Source: Minisyncoccota bacterium (GTDB lineage: Bacteria; Patescibacteriota; Minisyncoccia; Phycocordibacterales; DATDWN01). Taken from it: a DNA stretch of 64,000 nucleotides. The DNA lies in contig DATDWZ010000008.1 of NCBI GenBank assembly GCA_036517295.1, positions 304 through 64,303 of the forward strand, in the 5' to 3' direction. The notes below the pieces were generated by a model, which made no database searches, had not been told where the DNA came from, and worked only from the letters and a program-made list of their open reading frames with translations. Shown here piece by piece: positions 39,665 through 49,376 of the stretch; positions within the stretch are counted from its first letter, which is position 1; every line of letters begins with the position of its first letter. The translations under genes were made by a program, and so were the position numbers.

Positions 39665-41350
39665 TTAAATAATATTGTATATTTGCTTGTATACCTCAAG
39701 GATTGGTTGCGGTATTGTTTTGAGATTTATTTTTTTGTTATCTTCAAAATCAGCAATTTCAACTCTTTCTTCCCAACTAAACATATAAACTGTTACTGGT
39801 TTTTTAAGTGATAGGACTTCTTTTATAAACTCATCAAGTTTGTTTTGTTCTTCTCTGAAATATACTGCTGTCATTCTATCTTTGTTTTCAAACACTTGCC
39901 AATAATCATTTTTCTTTACTTGCTCTAGCGTATTTTCTGCGATTGCGAGCATTTCACCTGCGTGATGAGCTAGTAGTATTTTGTCTTTATCATCTGCATC
40001 AAGAATGTTGTGCTTACCAACAAAAGCAGTTTTGTAAAACTTAACTGATTGAAACAACCCACCTTTATCATTATATCCAGTAATGGCTGTTTTAATTCTT
40101 GGTAAACAAATATCGCTCATTATGTTATTTTCGTTGTCGGTAACTAAGATAAATTGCCTTGAACCTTTTGTGTCTTCATCTTTATTTAATTGCATAACAG
40201 CGTGTCCTGTTGTTCCTGAACCAGCAAAGAAATCTAAAACAATTATATTATTATCAAAATGGTTTAGTAATTCTCTTATTAGTTTAGTAGGTTTTACTGT
40301 GTCAAAACCGTGTTCTTTACCAAGAATTAAAGATAACTCTTTTTTACCGTCTTCAGCTGTATCAACTTGTTCTTTAAGCAGAAGCGACCAAAAAGGTCTT
40401 TCAATGGATTGATTTTCGTCTTCAGGATAGATAATTTTTTTTACTTTCCCTTCCACTATAATTATTTTATCTTCTTCAATTAAGCGATTAACTTCCTGAA
40501 GTCCAATTTTCCATCTTTTACCCGTTTGTGGAATAACACCTAAGATTGGAAACTTCATAGTATCTCTTTTCTTTCTTCCTATATCTGAGTCCTCAATATC
40601 AACAAGACGAGCTAGTCCTTTTTTAGTTTGAAAATTATATTTTCTTTGACCTTGTTCTTTTAGGACAAAACCTAGATATTTTTCTTTTGGTATCGCATTA
40701 CTATAACAAAGAATGTATTCTATGTTTTGCTGTATTTGATATTTTGCCTTACCAGAATTAACTGGTTTGGTTTTATTCTGCCAATTAAGGATACCCAGCA
40801 ATGAAGTTTCGCCAAAAATACTATCAGTAAGAAGTTTTAATTGTGCAAACTCGTTATCGTCAATACTTATGAAAATAACACCGTCTTTCGTTAGAAGGTC
40901 TTTGGATAACTCTAACCTCTTTCGCATAAAAGAAAGCCAGTAGCTATGACGAAAAGGGTGGTCTTTTGGCACATCTGTTCCATCAGGATATTTATCTAAA
41001 ATCCTTTTATCTTTATAACGAAAACCGTCTTCTCCTGTGTTGTACGGCGGGTCAATATAAATAACATCAATCTTGCTCTTATGTGTGTAATTTAAGCAAG
41101 TAAGTGCGTGGTAATTATCACCCTCAATAAGTAGGTGGGTGGGTTCGGTATCTTTACTTTTAATTCCTTTTGTGGGTACATCTTCAAGAATTGGTAGTTT
41201 ATTTTCTACATCATCTTCAAAACCTTCAGGCACATCAAGCCACACTAAACCATAGTGTTGTGTTTTTACAGCTTTTTTCCATTTCTCAATTTCTTTTTCA
41301 AGCTTGAGAATGTGATTTTCTTTTTGTTGTAGTAATTCTTTTTCAGTCAT
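39665..41350 (-). CDS. mod: Type III R-M adenine methyltransferase Mod subunit
   Basis: LLIEGDN, IYIDPPYNTG, FDTVKP and LDFFAGSGTTGHA motifs. Confidence 0.9.
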   Translation of the reverse strand: MTEKELLQQKENHILKLEKEIEKWKKAVKTQHYGLVWLDVPEGFEDDVENKLPILEDVPTKGIKSKDTEPTHLLIEGDNYHALTCLNYTHKSKIDVIYIDPPYNTGEDGFRYKDKRILDKYPDGTDVPKDHPFRHSYWLSFMRKRLELSKDLLTKDGVIFISIDDNEFAQLKLLTDSIFGETSLLGILNWQNKTKPVNSGKAKYQIQQNIEYILCYSNAIPKEKYLGFVLKEQGQRKYNFQTKKGLARLVDIEDSDIGRKKRDTMKFPILGVIPQTGKRWKIGLQEVNRLIEEDKIIIVEGKVKKIIYPEDENQSIERPFWSLLLKEQVDTAEDGKKELSLILGKEHGFDTVKPTKLIRELLNHFDNNIIVLDFFAGSGTTGHAVMQLNKDEDTKGSRQFILVTDNENNIMSDICLPRIKTAITGYNDKGGLFQSVKFYKTAFVGKHNILDADDKDKILLAHHAGEMLAIAENTLEQVKKNDYWQVFENKDRMTAVYFREEQNKLDEFIKEVLSLKKPVTVYMFSWEERVEIADFEDNKKINLKTIPQPILEVYKQIYNII

Positions 41351-41352
41351 AT

Positions 41353-41526
41353 TTATTTTGTGCTTGCTTTTTTTAAGAATGCTTCAAACTCAACTTTCGC
41401 TATCCGATACTCTTTGCCTATTTTATATGCCTTGAGCTTTTTTGCATCTATGTAGCGATAAATGGTCATAATGTTCAGGCCAAGTTTTTCTGCTAAATCA
41501 TTTGCTGTGTAAAAATCTTTATTCAT
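41353..41526 (-). CDS. Excisionase-like (HTH_17) DNA-binding protein, 57 aa (below the ORF track cutoff)
   Basis: Manual translation: MNKDFYTANDLAEKLGLNIMTIYRYIDAKKLKAYKIGKEYRI... Confidence 0.8.
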   Translation of the reverse strand: MNKDFYTANDLAEKLGLNIMTIYRYIDAKKLKAYKIGKEYRIAKVEFEAFLKKASTK

Positions 41527-42005
41527 TGTAATTGCTTAAGGTTTTTATAATACTGATCAACTTTTTTAGACCAATTTGGGTAAAATTGTTCCCAAGTAGG
41601 TATAACACTCACTGGTAATTGCCTCATCGGTGTTTCTTTGTGTTGTTGACTTTTTCTTCCGAGTGTTTTCATCCATATTTCTTGTGAATGTTTTATCAAT
41701 GGAGCAACCACCTTGCTTGGGATAATCCAGAAGTCTGGCTCTTTGTTGAATTGATTGAGGCGAACAAAAGCATAATAGAAATCATTAGACGCTCCATTTT
41801 CATCCTTAGCCGAAAGTATAAAACTTTTTGCAGTTTCTCTGTAAGCAGTTTTTATTGAAAGTTTTATAGCTCTACCGTCTGGACTCAATGCTAAAATATC
41901 ATATTTTTCAGCTCGTCCAAGCGTAAGGGTAGCAATGAAGTTTTCCGCTGAGAGCCGAGAAGCTATGTAGTATTCTCCTGCGTTACCGATATTTTGTTTT
42001 TGCAT
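41523..42005 (-). CDS. PD-(D/E)XK-like nuclease-fold protein
   Basis: GNAGEYYIASRL..YDILA..IKLSIKT pattern. Confidence 0.6.
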   Translation of the reverse strand: MQKQNIGNAGEYYIASRLSAENFIATLTLGRAEKYDILALSPDGRAIKLSIKTAYRETAKSFILSAKDENGASNDFYYAFVRLNQFNKEPDFWIIPSKVVAPLIKHSQEIWMKTLGRKSQQHKETPMRQLPVSVIPTWEQFYPNWSKKVDQYYKNLKQLQ

Positions 42006-42122
42006 AGTTATAATTATACTTTACTATTCTTTACAAGCCAAACTCACGAAGTGGACAACCTTATGAACACAACATAATAAAAATAGTATTGGCAGATCAA
42101 TAACCTATGATATAATTCACCC

Positions 42123-42276
42123 ACAACTGAATAAGCAGACCTAACCCTATAGTTTTTATTATAGGTATGGTTGCAGGTCGTATAAGGCACAAAGAACCCA
42201 TCGCAGGGTCGCCTTATACGCCTTATCGGGAAACCGGTATGAGGGACTTCGGTCTCTACCTGTGGTGGGCTTTTTG
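42123..42276 (+). promoter_or_regulatory. Structured 5' leader or small RNA with alternative pairings
   Basis: TTGGCA-16-TATAAT promoter (42089-116), several hairpins, and a loop (42190-207) complementary to 42259-76. Confidence 0.5.
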
Positions 42277-42296
42277 TATATAAAAATAGTAAAATT

Positions 42297-43271
42297 ATGA
42301 AAAAACACTACTCCTCAAACAAGGGTTTCATACAAATACCTGTTTTATTTTTTATAATTACCGGGATAATTATTACTGGTGGTGCTGGTTATTTTGGAGT
42401 AAAAAAATATGAAAATTATCATATTACCAAAGGGAAAGAAAAAGTAACGGAAGAAATTAAACCTCAAAAAGACATAGGGGTTGAAAAATTAACGAAAGAG
42501 ACTGGGGCATCAAAAGATACTAAGCCAGATGTTAAAAAGGGGGCAATTACACCTTATGACTATGACCACCCCGAAAATAATCTTTCGTCATACCAACCCA
42601 AAATAAATGGTGCTGATGATAGTGTTTCTGTCATCAAAAAATGGAAGCCTAGAGTTGCATACATTGATTGTAAGGTTGTTTTTAATGGAAATAATATGGG
42701 AGAACAAACTGGTTCTGGGTATTTACTGGGTTACGACTCTCAAAATGGCGACATTATAATACTAACAAATCTTCACATAATTAAAGTTAATTTGTACTAC
42801 CCTGACGGTGAACCAATCGGCACATCCCTCACAGCAACTTCTTGTGATATTAAAATCCCGGGTGATACTCAGTTTGTAACAGTTTATAAAGAAGATGGTT
42901 CTTTCACTGTTTCAGATAAAGAAGATTTTGCTCAAGTAACTGTAAAAAACCCAACTCCTTATATGACTAAAACTATAAAAAGTATATCGGGTAGTAACTG
43001 TATAAGTAAAGCCGAACTGGGTGAAAGAATACTAATACTTGGTTATCCCGGAATTGGCGACCAAAATGATATAACTGTAACTGACGGAATAATATCTGGC
43101 TATGACGGAAACCACTACATAACATCAGCAAAAATTGAATACGGTAATTCTGGTGGTATAGCAATATCGCTTAAAAATAACTGTTATTTAGGCATCCCAA
43201 CTTTTGTTATTTCTGGAGAGCTGGAGTCTTTAGCAAGGATTTTGAACGTCAATGCGATATTTCCTAATTAA
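42297..43271 (+). CDS. Trypsin-like serine protease with a pilin-like N-terminal anchor
   Basis: KGFIQIP plus hydrophobic helix; TNLH, EDFA, LGYP and GNSGG triad motifs. Confidence 0.8.
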   Translation: MKKHYSSNKGFIQIPVLFFIITGIIITGGAGYFGVKKYENYHITKGKEKVTEEIKPQKDIGVEKLTKETGASKDTKPDVKKGAITPYDYDHPENNLSSYQPKINGADDSVSVIKKWKPRVAYIDCKVVFNGNNMGEQTGSGYLLGYDSQNGDIIILTNLHIIKVNLYYPDGEPIGTSLTATSCDIKIPGDTQFVTVYKEDGSFTVSDKEDFAQVTVKNPTPYMTKTIKSISGSNCISKAELGERILILGYPGIGDQNDITVTDGIISGYDGNHYITSAKIEYGNSGGIAISLKNNCYLGIPTFVISGELESLARILNVNAIFPN

Positions 43272-43274
43272 AAT

Positions 43275-43646
43275 ATGTTCAAAACAATTAACAAGTTTTC
43301 AAGATTAACAATTGTATTCACTGTTTTATATATACTTAGTGGTGTGTTTCTATTACTTCTCTCATTATCAGAAATATACCCAGTTTCAACTCCTTTTGAG
43401 TGGATACCAACCTTTGTATATGGAAACAAACTCTTATTACATCTAGTTTTGTCAATTCCTAATTACCTGTTTTGGATATTATCTACTCTTATACTTGGAC
43501 TTGTAATTACAGCAATTGTTTTAGGTATAAGAGCGATCAAACAGACAAGCAAAACAAAAGAGAAAGGTAGGTGGATAGCGTTACTGCTGACAACACTTAA
43601 TATCTTCCTACTTATAATTCTTGTGCCTATTGCTTTTATACTTTAA
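43275..43646 (+). CDS. Small membrane protein
   Basis: Three hydrophobic segments. Confidence 0.55.
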   Translation: MFKTINKFSRLTIVFTVLYILSGVFLLLLSLSEIYPVSTPFEWIPTFVYGNKLLLHLVLSIPNYLFWILSTLILGLVITAIVLGIRAIKQTSKTKEKGRWIALLLTTLNIFLLIILVPIAFIL

Positions 43647-43663
43647 TACCGAATATAGTAAGT

Positions 43664-44065
43664 CTATTTTTTCTGAAACTTAGACATAAGTCGCTCAATT
43701 AACTGTTCACGGGTATAACTAGCATAGATATTATGTTCCTCTGGAGAATATGCACCGACAACTTTGAATACTTGATCTGTTGCTTTTAATCTATCGTTTG
43801 GCTTTACTTTATCATTTAACATTATTTCTTCCACCACTTTCCTAGCAGAATACTCGTCAAAGCCTAGTGCTTTTAGTTCCTCTTGTACTCCTTTTTGAGC
43901 AATAGTCTCTCCGGGCTTTTTCTTTGCTTGCGTTTTGGTATATCCTACTTTTTCCAACAACTCACTCTTATTAAGAGGTTTAGCTCTTTTAGAGTTAAGG
44001 ACTATCTCATTTGCGAGATTTTTTTGTCTTAGTGTAGATCTATTTTTGTTTTGTTTTATATACAC
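43664..44065 (-). CDS. Terminase small subunit-like HTH protein
   Basis: TLRQKNLA..LLEKVGY..A..PG..GVQEEL..DRLKA pattern resembles TerS. Confidence 0.45.
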   Translation of the reverse strand: MYIKQNKNRSTLRQKNLANEIVLNSKRAKPLNKSELLEKVGYTKTQAKKKPGETIAQKGVQEELKALGFDEYSARKVVEEIMLNDKVKPNDRLKATDQVFKVVGAYSPEEHNIYASYTREQLIERLMSKFQKK

Positions 44066-44075
44066 CTTTTTTTAT

Positions 44076-44831
44076 TTAATTCTTTTTTTTACTATTTCTG
44101 GTTCTACGACTATTACTTTTTTTAGAAATCTTCTTTACAAAAACGGTCGGTGTTATATCATCTGAAACTGGTGGATTGCTGATAATCTGATCATTATCGA
44201 TTTGATTAGTTGGTGCAGGTAATTGAGAAACAGGTTTAATTCTTTTCTCATAGTAGTTGTTCAATATCTCTGGTTGAGGAGTTACAAAGTATGTAGGTAA
44301 ATAGACTGGATAACCCTTATTATTCTCATACTCGATGGTTTTTCTTAAACCCGTAATTTCCATAAAAAATGGAGCTGGATAATCAGTAATATTTGTTGTG
44401 TATATTACCGAGTTTGTAATAAAAGCTGTAGCCCCTACAATTTTATCAGCTAATGATACTTGACCCGTAGAAATACCAATTTCTTTGTAGAAACAACCTA
44501 GTCGTCCTGCAATTCTCAAAACAACTTCGTCAATTAAAAATGTCTGTACTCCATTTAATGCATTCTCAATCTTAATTTCTTCCTCTACAGAAGACTCATC
44601 AATAAGTTCAAACAAGGTAACACTAGAGATTGCAACTCCCCAACCCGGACTTACAGCAAATACACTTTTCAAGTAGTCGATTATAAGCTTTGCAACCTGA
44701 TCGTTACTTTTACTTATTCCACCTCTGCAAGCAGATGCACGTGAAAGAGTGTTGGTATCAAAAATTAAATAACGAGATGGTTTTTCATTATTTGGTTGAG
44801 TATTATTCTGCGGTGTTTGTTCTGTGTCCAT
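44076..44831 (-). CDS. PIN-domain (VapC-like) protein
   Basis: IFDTN, SSVTLFEL, SLADKIVGATA and YTTNITDY motifs. Confidence 0.75.
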   Translation of the reverse strand: MDTEQTPQNNTQPNNEKPSRYLIFDTNTLSRASACRGGISKSNDQVAKLIIDYLKSVFAVSPGWGVAISSVTLFELIDESSVEEEIKIENALNGVQTFLIDEVVLRIAGRLGCFYKEIGISTGQVSLADKIVGATAFITNSVIYTTNITDYPAPFFMEITGLRKTIEYENNKGYPVYLPTYFVTPQPEILNNYYEKRIKPVSQLPAPTNQIDNDQIISNPPVSDDITPTVFVKKISKKSNSRRTRNSKKKN

Positions 44832-45039
44832 CTTGTTCTAATTTATTTTCCCCTATTGAAGAAAAAACGCCACCAGAAATAGCCCTCTCAATTTGATCTA
44901 AAGCACTGTTAGTTGAGAGTTTTTTTATCTCTTTCTTTTCACTCAACAGATCATTTGGATTTCTACTAAAATCAAACTTTACTAACTCTGCGTTAGGTAA
45001 TTTGCCTTTTGAACTATATTTTTCTTCTTCTTTTGTCAT
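44803..45039 (-). CDS. Small hypothetical protein overlapping the PIN gene (possible antitoxin)
   Basis: 78 aa; TATAAT 6 nt before the ATG; position upstream of the PIN gene. Confidence 0.45.
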   Translation of the reverse strand: MTKEEEKYSSKGKLPNAELVKFDFSRNPNDLLSEKKEIKKLSTNSALDQIERAISGGVFSSIGENKLEQDGHRTNTAE

Positions 45040-45176
45040 AGTGGTATTATACTACACAAAAAGCAAACTTTTTATTTGTTCCAATGCTATGTTGGGATAT
45101 GGGTATTCCTTAATCCAATCTATCGTTCTAAAATCGTCCGCCAGAGCGAGCTTAATAACTGTTTTGTAAGATTCAA

Positions 45177-45500
45177 ATGACAGAACCGACACATGTAGCG
45201 GTTGACTTAGGAGTTTTTCTTATATTGATGCAGATAGGTAGTTTAAATCCGAACTACACAGATTTATCGCTTATTATTGGTTCGAATCTTGTTGATTTGG
45301 ACCACTTATTCTCTCGACCTATTTACCAGCCAGGAAGAGATTCATTTAAAACCCATTTCCTCTACAAACAATGGAAAATGGTATTACTTTTATCAATACT
45401 TATGTTGTTTGTCAGGCCATTAATGTTTCTGGGCATTGGTCTGGTTCTTCACTTTTTCTTAGATTATCTGGATACAATAAAAGAGAAAATCCATCTCTAA
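45177..45500 (+). CDS. Small membrane protein (DUF6122 or membrane hydrolase-like)
   Basis: NLVDLDHL..PIY.P.R.SF and HFFLD motifs. Confidence 0.6.
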   Translation: MTEPTHVAVDLGVFLILMQIGSLNPNYTDLSLIIGSNLVDLDHLFSRPIYQPGRDSFKTHFLYKQWKMVLLLSILMLFVRPLMFLGIGLVLHFFLDYLDTIKEKIHL

Positions 45501-45636
45501 TTTAATCCTGCTCCAATTCAGAATTTGGATACCCTAAATAAAAAGTTCGTAGGGGTTATAAAACCAGTATCAACTGGAAAGCCTAGGCGTTGATCATTTG
45601 ATATTTTTCGGAATGTTTAATGTATAATTAAACTCT

Positions 45637-46017
45637 ATGAATAAACAAACCAAGTTATTCCTTGAAATAATATTCTCCATCGCTTTCGTCCTCGTCGGCA
45701 CATATTTTGTATATGGACAATTGGAATTCGTAAATTCCTTTTGGAATGCGCAAAGTATTTGGAGTTCCATTTTGGCGATTGGATGGATTATTGTTTCCCT
45801 TGGATATTTTCATCAAGGTTGGCTCATTCATGAAAAAAGAAATGCCCACAATGTATCTGCCCTACTCCCAATAGCAGTATTTTTTATACAATGCATCTTA
45901 TTTGTGAAAGGCATCTACTATCACGACTGGTCACTGATTTGGGGTGCTTTAGTAGTAAACTCCGGAGTGGTTTTTAGTCTATACCATATAATTAGAGCGA
46001 ACAGGAAAAAATTATGA
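45637..46017 (+). CDS. Membrane protein, PQ-loop/SemiSWEET-like
   Basis: GYFHQ..I...RNAHNVS..GIYYHDW..I..N pattern. Confidence 0.45.
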   Translation: MNKQTKLFLEIIFSIAFVLVGTYFVYGQLEFVNSFWNAQSIWSSILAIGWIIVSLGYFHQGWLIHEKRNAHNVSALLPIAVFFIQCILFVKGIYYHDWSLIWGALVVNSGVVFSLYHIIRANRKKL

Positions 46018-46439
46018 TTACCCAACTCCAAAGAGAACAACTTATAAAAGAAGCCGCTCTGGCTTTGGAAAATGTTTACCCAAAAAGTTCAAAGGTTGCA
46101 TATTCTGCGGCTTTATTGACCAATACGGGAAATATCTATTCGTCGTCGCAATACGGCTCAGACACATACTCTCTCACGCTACACGCAGAACAATCCGCCC
46201 TGGCTCACGCCGCGGCCCATGGCGAAGGAAATTTAGTGGCTATCGCTGTTACCAGTAACGAAAAGTTAGAAAAAGGAGAATTTACGGCACCGTGTCATAT
46301 GTGCAAGCAGCTTCTTTGGGAAAGCAGTCTTCATTCCGGATTACCTATGCTTATTATTCTTGCGAACAGTTTTGGAGAAATAAAAGAAGTAAATCTTGAC
46401 GACTTGATGTCTCTACCTTGGCCAACTAAAAAATCCTAA
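46014..46439 (+). CDS. Cytidine deaminase-family protein
   Basis: HAE and PCHMC zinc motifs; AALLTNTGNIY. Confidence 0.82.
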   Translation: MITQLQREQLIKEAALALENVYPKSSKVAYSAALLTNTGNIYSSSQYGSDTYSLTLHAEQSALAHAAAHGEGNLVAIAVTSNEKLEKGEFTAPCHMCKQLLWESSLHSGLPMLIILANSFGEIKEVNLDDLMSLPWPTKKS

Positions 46440-46444
46440 AACTT

Positions 46445-46981
46445 ATGAAAATATATATCATCAGACACGGACTCACTAACTATAATAAAATAGGCAGAAT
46501 AAATAGCCGAGGAGTAGATGAGCCTTTGGCCCCTGAAGGAGTAGCGCAAGCGGAAGAGACATCGCAAAATATGCCGGAAGGCATCGTAAAAATATACGCA
46601 TCCCCCCTACTAAGAACTAGGCAGACCGCCGATATCCTGAATAAAGACCTTGGACTGGAGATCGAGTACGCGCCCGAACTTATGGAAGTCGATTTTGGTC
46701 TGTTCACGGACAGAACTTGGGTGGAGATCGAGGAAGAGTATAAAGGGTTTCGTCGGTCTTTCACCGACCAAACATACGACTTCACCTCTCACAATGGAGA
46801 AAGTATTACGGATGTGGTGGGACGAGCAAGAAAGATGATCGAGAAGATCAAGAAAGATCATGTGAACGAGAGAGTTCTCCTCGTCACCCACGGAGGCGTC
46901 GTGCGGGCTATTCATAATATTTATAATAATGAAATATTGGGAGAAACAAAAAACGCCACGATTTACGAAATTGAGGTATAA
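46445..46981 (+). CDS. Histidine phosphatase (PGM family)
   Basis: IIRHG, SPLLRTRQTA, GES and LVTHGG motifs. Confidence 0.88.
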   Translation: MKIYIIRHGLTNYNKIGRINSRGVDEPLAPEGVAQAEETSQNMPEGIVKIYASPLLRTRQTADILNKDLGLEIEYAPELMEVDFGLFTDRTWVEIEEEYKGFRRSFTDQTYDFTSHNGESITDVVGRARKMIEKIKKDHVNERVLLVTHGGVVRAIHNIYNNEILGETKNATIYEIEV

Positions 46982-47009
46982 AGAGTGGTTGTGGAAAATA
47001 TTTAATCAC

Positions 47010-47507
47010 TTATATCCTAACCACCTCCGCTTTCAAAATCATTCCAGAAGAACTCGGCTTCAGGGTACCGCTTACGGTTATAACATCCCCTACACGAATA
47101 TCTGTAATAGCAACTTTTTTACCTTTAGAGTCTAGAAATATGGTACCGAAATGTCGTTTACCATAATCCGACGCGTCAGTATGAATTATCCAGCTCATCT
47201 TCGTCGCTTCCCATGAAGTACCCACAACTATAGTCGTCCCCGACACAGACTCCACTAGCCCACCTTGTAAAAAGACCATGCCGTTACTTGCTATATGAAC
47301 CTCAAGAATAGATTTACTGTTAGAAACCTTAGAAACTAGAGAGGCAGGATTGGGCTCTTCCGCTTTTACGGTTTCTGCACCGGGCAGTAAATATGTAACG
47401 GTAAAAAAGAGAAGACCAACAATAAAGGTACTGACGGATACACCAAGAAAACCGGCTAGGCGAGGATTGCTTCGAAAAATTGGGAATTTTGTTATCAGAT
47501 ATTTCAT
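47010..47507 (-). CDS. Membrane-anchored hypothetical protein (DUF5666-like beta domain)
   Basis: TM helix; GLVESVSGTTIVV..DIRVGDVITVSG. Confidence 0.55.
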   Translation of the reverse strand: MKYLITKFPIFRSNPRLAGFLGVSVSTFIVGLLFFTVTYLLPGAETVKAEEPNPASLVSKVSNSKSILEVHIASNGMVFLQGGLVESVSGTTIVVGTSWEATKMSWIIHTDASDYGKRHFGTIFLDSKGKKVAITDIRVGDVITVSGTLKPSSSGMILKAEVVRI

Positions 47508-47537
47508 AATAAAAGTTGTTTGATGGTTACATACTGT

Positions 47538-47608
47538 GACGGTGGTATGAGATAATTCTTACAAAAAAATCGTGTTTTAATATGTAACAATTTGCACTTT
47601 AGGACGGC
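47538..47608. promoter_or_regulatory. Divergent ECF-type promoters
   Basis: Minus strand TGTAAG-16-CGTC (47538-63); plus strand TGTAAC-16-CGGC (47583-608). Confidence 0.6.
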
Positions 47609-47650
47609 TTAATCTTTATAACAATCATATTAAAAACTAACACTAAAAAC

Positions 47651-47800
47651 ATGTTAACAACAATCGCTATTATCCTCGTTATATTATGGCTTCTCGGTGT
47701 GGTGTCTTCGTTTACTCTTGGAGGATTCATACATATCCTTTTGGTAATAGCAGTCGTGGTAATACTCTTAAGGGTAATTCGCGGAGACAGACTCCTCTAG
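47651..47800 (+). CDS. lmo0937-family small membrane protein (49 aa, below the ORF track cutoff)
   Basis: MLTTIAIILVILWLLGVVSSFTLGGFIHILLVIAVVVILLRVIRGDRLL. Confidence 0.8.
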   Translation: MLTTIAIILVILWLLGVVSSFTLGGFIHILLVIAVVVILLRVIRGDRLL

Positions 47801-47883
47801 ACCCTATTTAATCGTGTTAATATTAACTAACTTGCACTTTCTATGTATCGTGGTATTATAGTGGACGGAGAAAAGGAGACCTT

Positions 47884-48222
47884 ATGTATCTAGACATGAT
47901 AAGACTGAATCAAACGCAGGTGGTGCAACACCCCTGCGGGCCGGAGATCCGTCACAGGTACCTGACACATCTGTCAAACGGAACTACGGTGGCATTGTGG
48001 TCTGTGTCGGCAGACTCCTGTTTCGGCCCAGAGACACGAAACTATGACATCGTGGTCACCGTCCTTGAGGGTATGGGTATCGTCCTCATCGGCGACGAAG
48101 AGGAGCCGTACCACCCGGGCATGACCACCCACATCCCGGCCGGCACGAAGGCCTGCATCAAGCAAGCCGGCACGGATACGACCGTGCTACAGTGCAACTT
48201 CCCCACCCTCAGGATTGAGTAA
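47884..48222 (+). CDS. Cupin-fold protein (GC-rich cassette)
   Basis: VTVLEGMG..IG......PG...HIPAG; TTGCAC-16-TATTAT promoter, AAGGAG Shine-Dalgarno, and terminator at 48250-85. Confidence 0.7.
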   Translation: MYLDMIRLNQTQVVQHPCGPEIRHRYLTHLSNGTTVALWSVSADSCFGPETRNYDIVVTVLEGMGIVLIGDEEEPYHPGMTTHIPAGTKACIKQAGTDTTVLQCNFPTLRIE

Positions 48223-48353
48223 GAGGGGTAAGTCCCCGCCCGTCAACGAACCCGCCCCTGTGCTGGTAGTCGGGGGCGGGTTTTGTTTTATATAAAACAC
48301 AAAAGACCACCGATCGGAGGTCTTTTGTTTATTAAACTAAATAATAAAGCAAT

Positions 48354-49304
48354 TTATTGAACCAGAGTCTTGAATGAACCCTCTGCGCCCAGAACCGTAT
48401 TTCCTTTAACATCAGTGCTTCCAACAACATAGAAGTATGTCGTACTTGTCGCTAAGTTAGACAAAGTTAAACTGTGCCAGAATCCCATTCCACCGGAAAC
48501 CTGTGTTGGAGTTTTTGTAGTATCAATCGGTGTTGTTGTACTTACCCACAATTTACTATTCGATGATTCATCTGTAACCCAAACTATATTGGCTGATATA
48601 TCGGTTATTCTGAAAGCGGTGGAGAAGAGGATTTTTGGAGCGGTAGCATCAACTTCCATGATTGCTTTTGTCTTGAACTCATAAACCTTTGATCTGACTA
48701 ATCTGCCATCCGTACCTTGATACTCTATGAAATAGTAGTACTTGGTACTCACCGACAAATTAGACAATGTTGTTTTGTGTTCGAGAGAGAAAACTGTCTC
48801 TTCTACAAAAGATAGACCGGTTGTCGTGCTGGTTTTTGACAAATTACTGTCTGTCGAGAAGTAAACTTTACCTTTTGTTTCTTCTTTTGTCTTCCAGTTA
48901 ACTAGTGCTGTGCTCGTTCCAACTCGTTCGTTAACGGCAGAAATCCTTATGCCCGCCTTTGTGTCTGCATCGGTCTTATTGAAGAAACGGGCAAACCAAC
49001 TAACCAACGATCCTCTGTTATCTTTATTTTCTTTACTGTTCGATTTTGAATTTTTCCTGTTATCACCGCCGGACTTATCATCGTCATTCGATTTTAACGA
49101 CGCTTCTCCTCTGATACTGTTATTTGATCTTATACTATTATCACCTTGATTGTTTTCGGCGATTAAAGCCGTTCTTAGTGCAACCGAGACTTCCGCTCTT
49201 TCATCGTCATTTATTTTTAATAATGATGCATTAGCCATAAATGGTGACAAGGCCATGCTCATTACCGAGAAAGCCAGTATGTAAGACATATTTCTTTTAA
49301 TCAT
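48354..49304 (-). CDS. Secreted protein with two fibronectin type III-like domains
   Basis: Signal peptide; W.T....H...LSNL..ST.Y.Y repeated twice. Confidence 0.75.
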   Translation of the reverse strand: MIKRNMSYILAFSVMSMALSPFMANASLLKINDDERAEVSVALRTALIAENNQGDNSIRSNNSIRGEASLKSNDDDKSGGDNRKNSKSNSKENKDNRGSLVSWFARFFNKTDADTKAGIRISAVNERVGTSTALVNWKTKEETKGKVYFSTDSNLSKTSTTTGLSFVEETVFSLEHKTTLSNLSVSTKYYYFIEYQGTDGRLVRSKVYEFKTKAIMEVDATAPKILFSTAFRITDISANIVWVTDESSNSKLWVSTTTPIDTTKTPTQVSGGMGFWHSLTLSNLATSTTYFYVVGSTDVKGNTVLGAEGSFKTLVQ

Positions 49305-49376
49305 AAATTTTTAAGTTAATTTTAATTGAGGTTAGGGTTATGGTTGTATTCAGAAACCCACACCTACTTTTGTTAT

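Larger units (their letters stand above)
34904..45147. mobile_element. AT-rich integrative island at the 3' end of tRNA-Asn
   Basis: The recombinase overlaps the tRNA end and the cargo is defence/phage-like. A 9/10 copy of tRNA-end CCGCCGGAGC (CCGCCAGAGC) at 45138-47 is the tentative far boundary. Confidence 0.65.
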
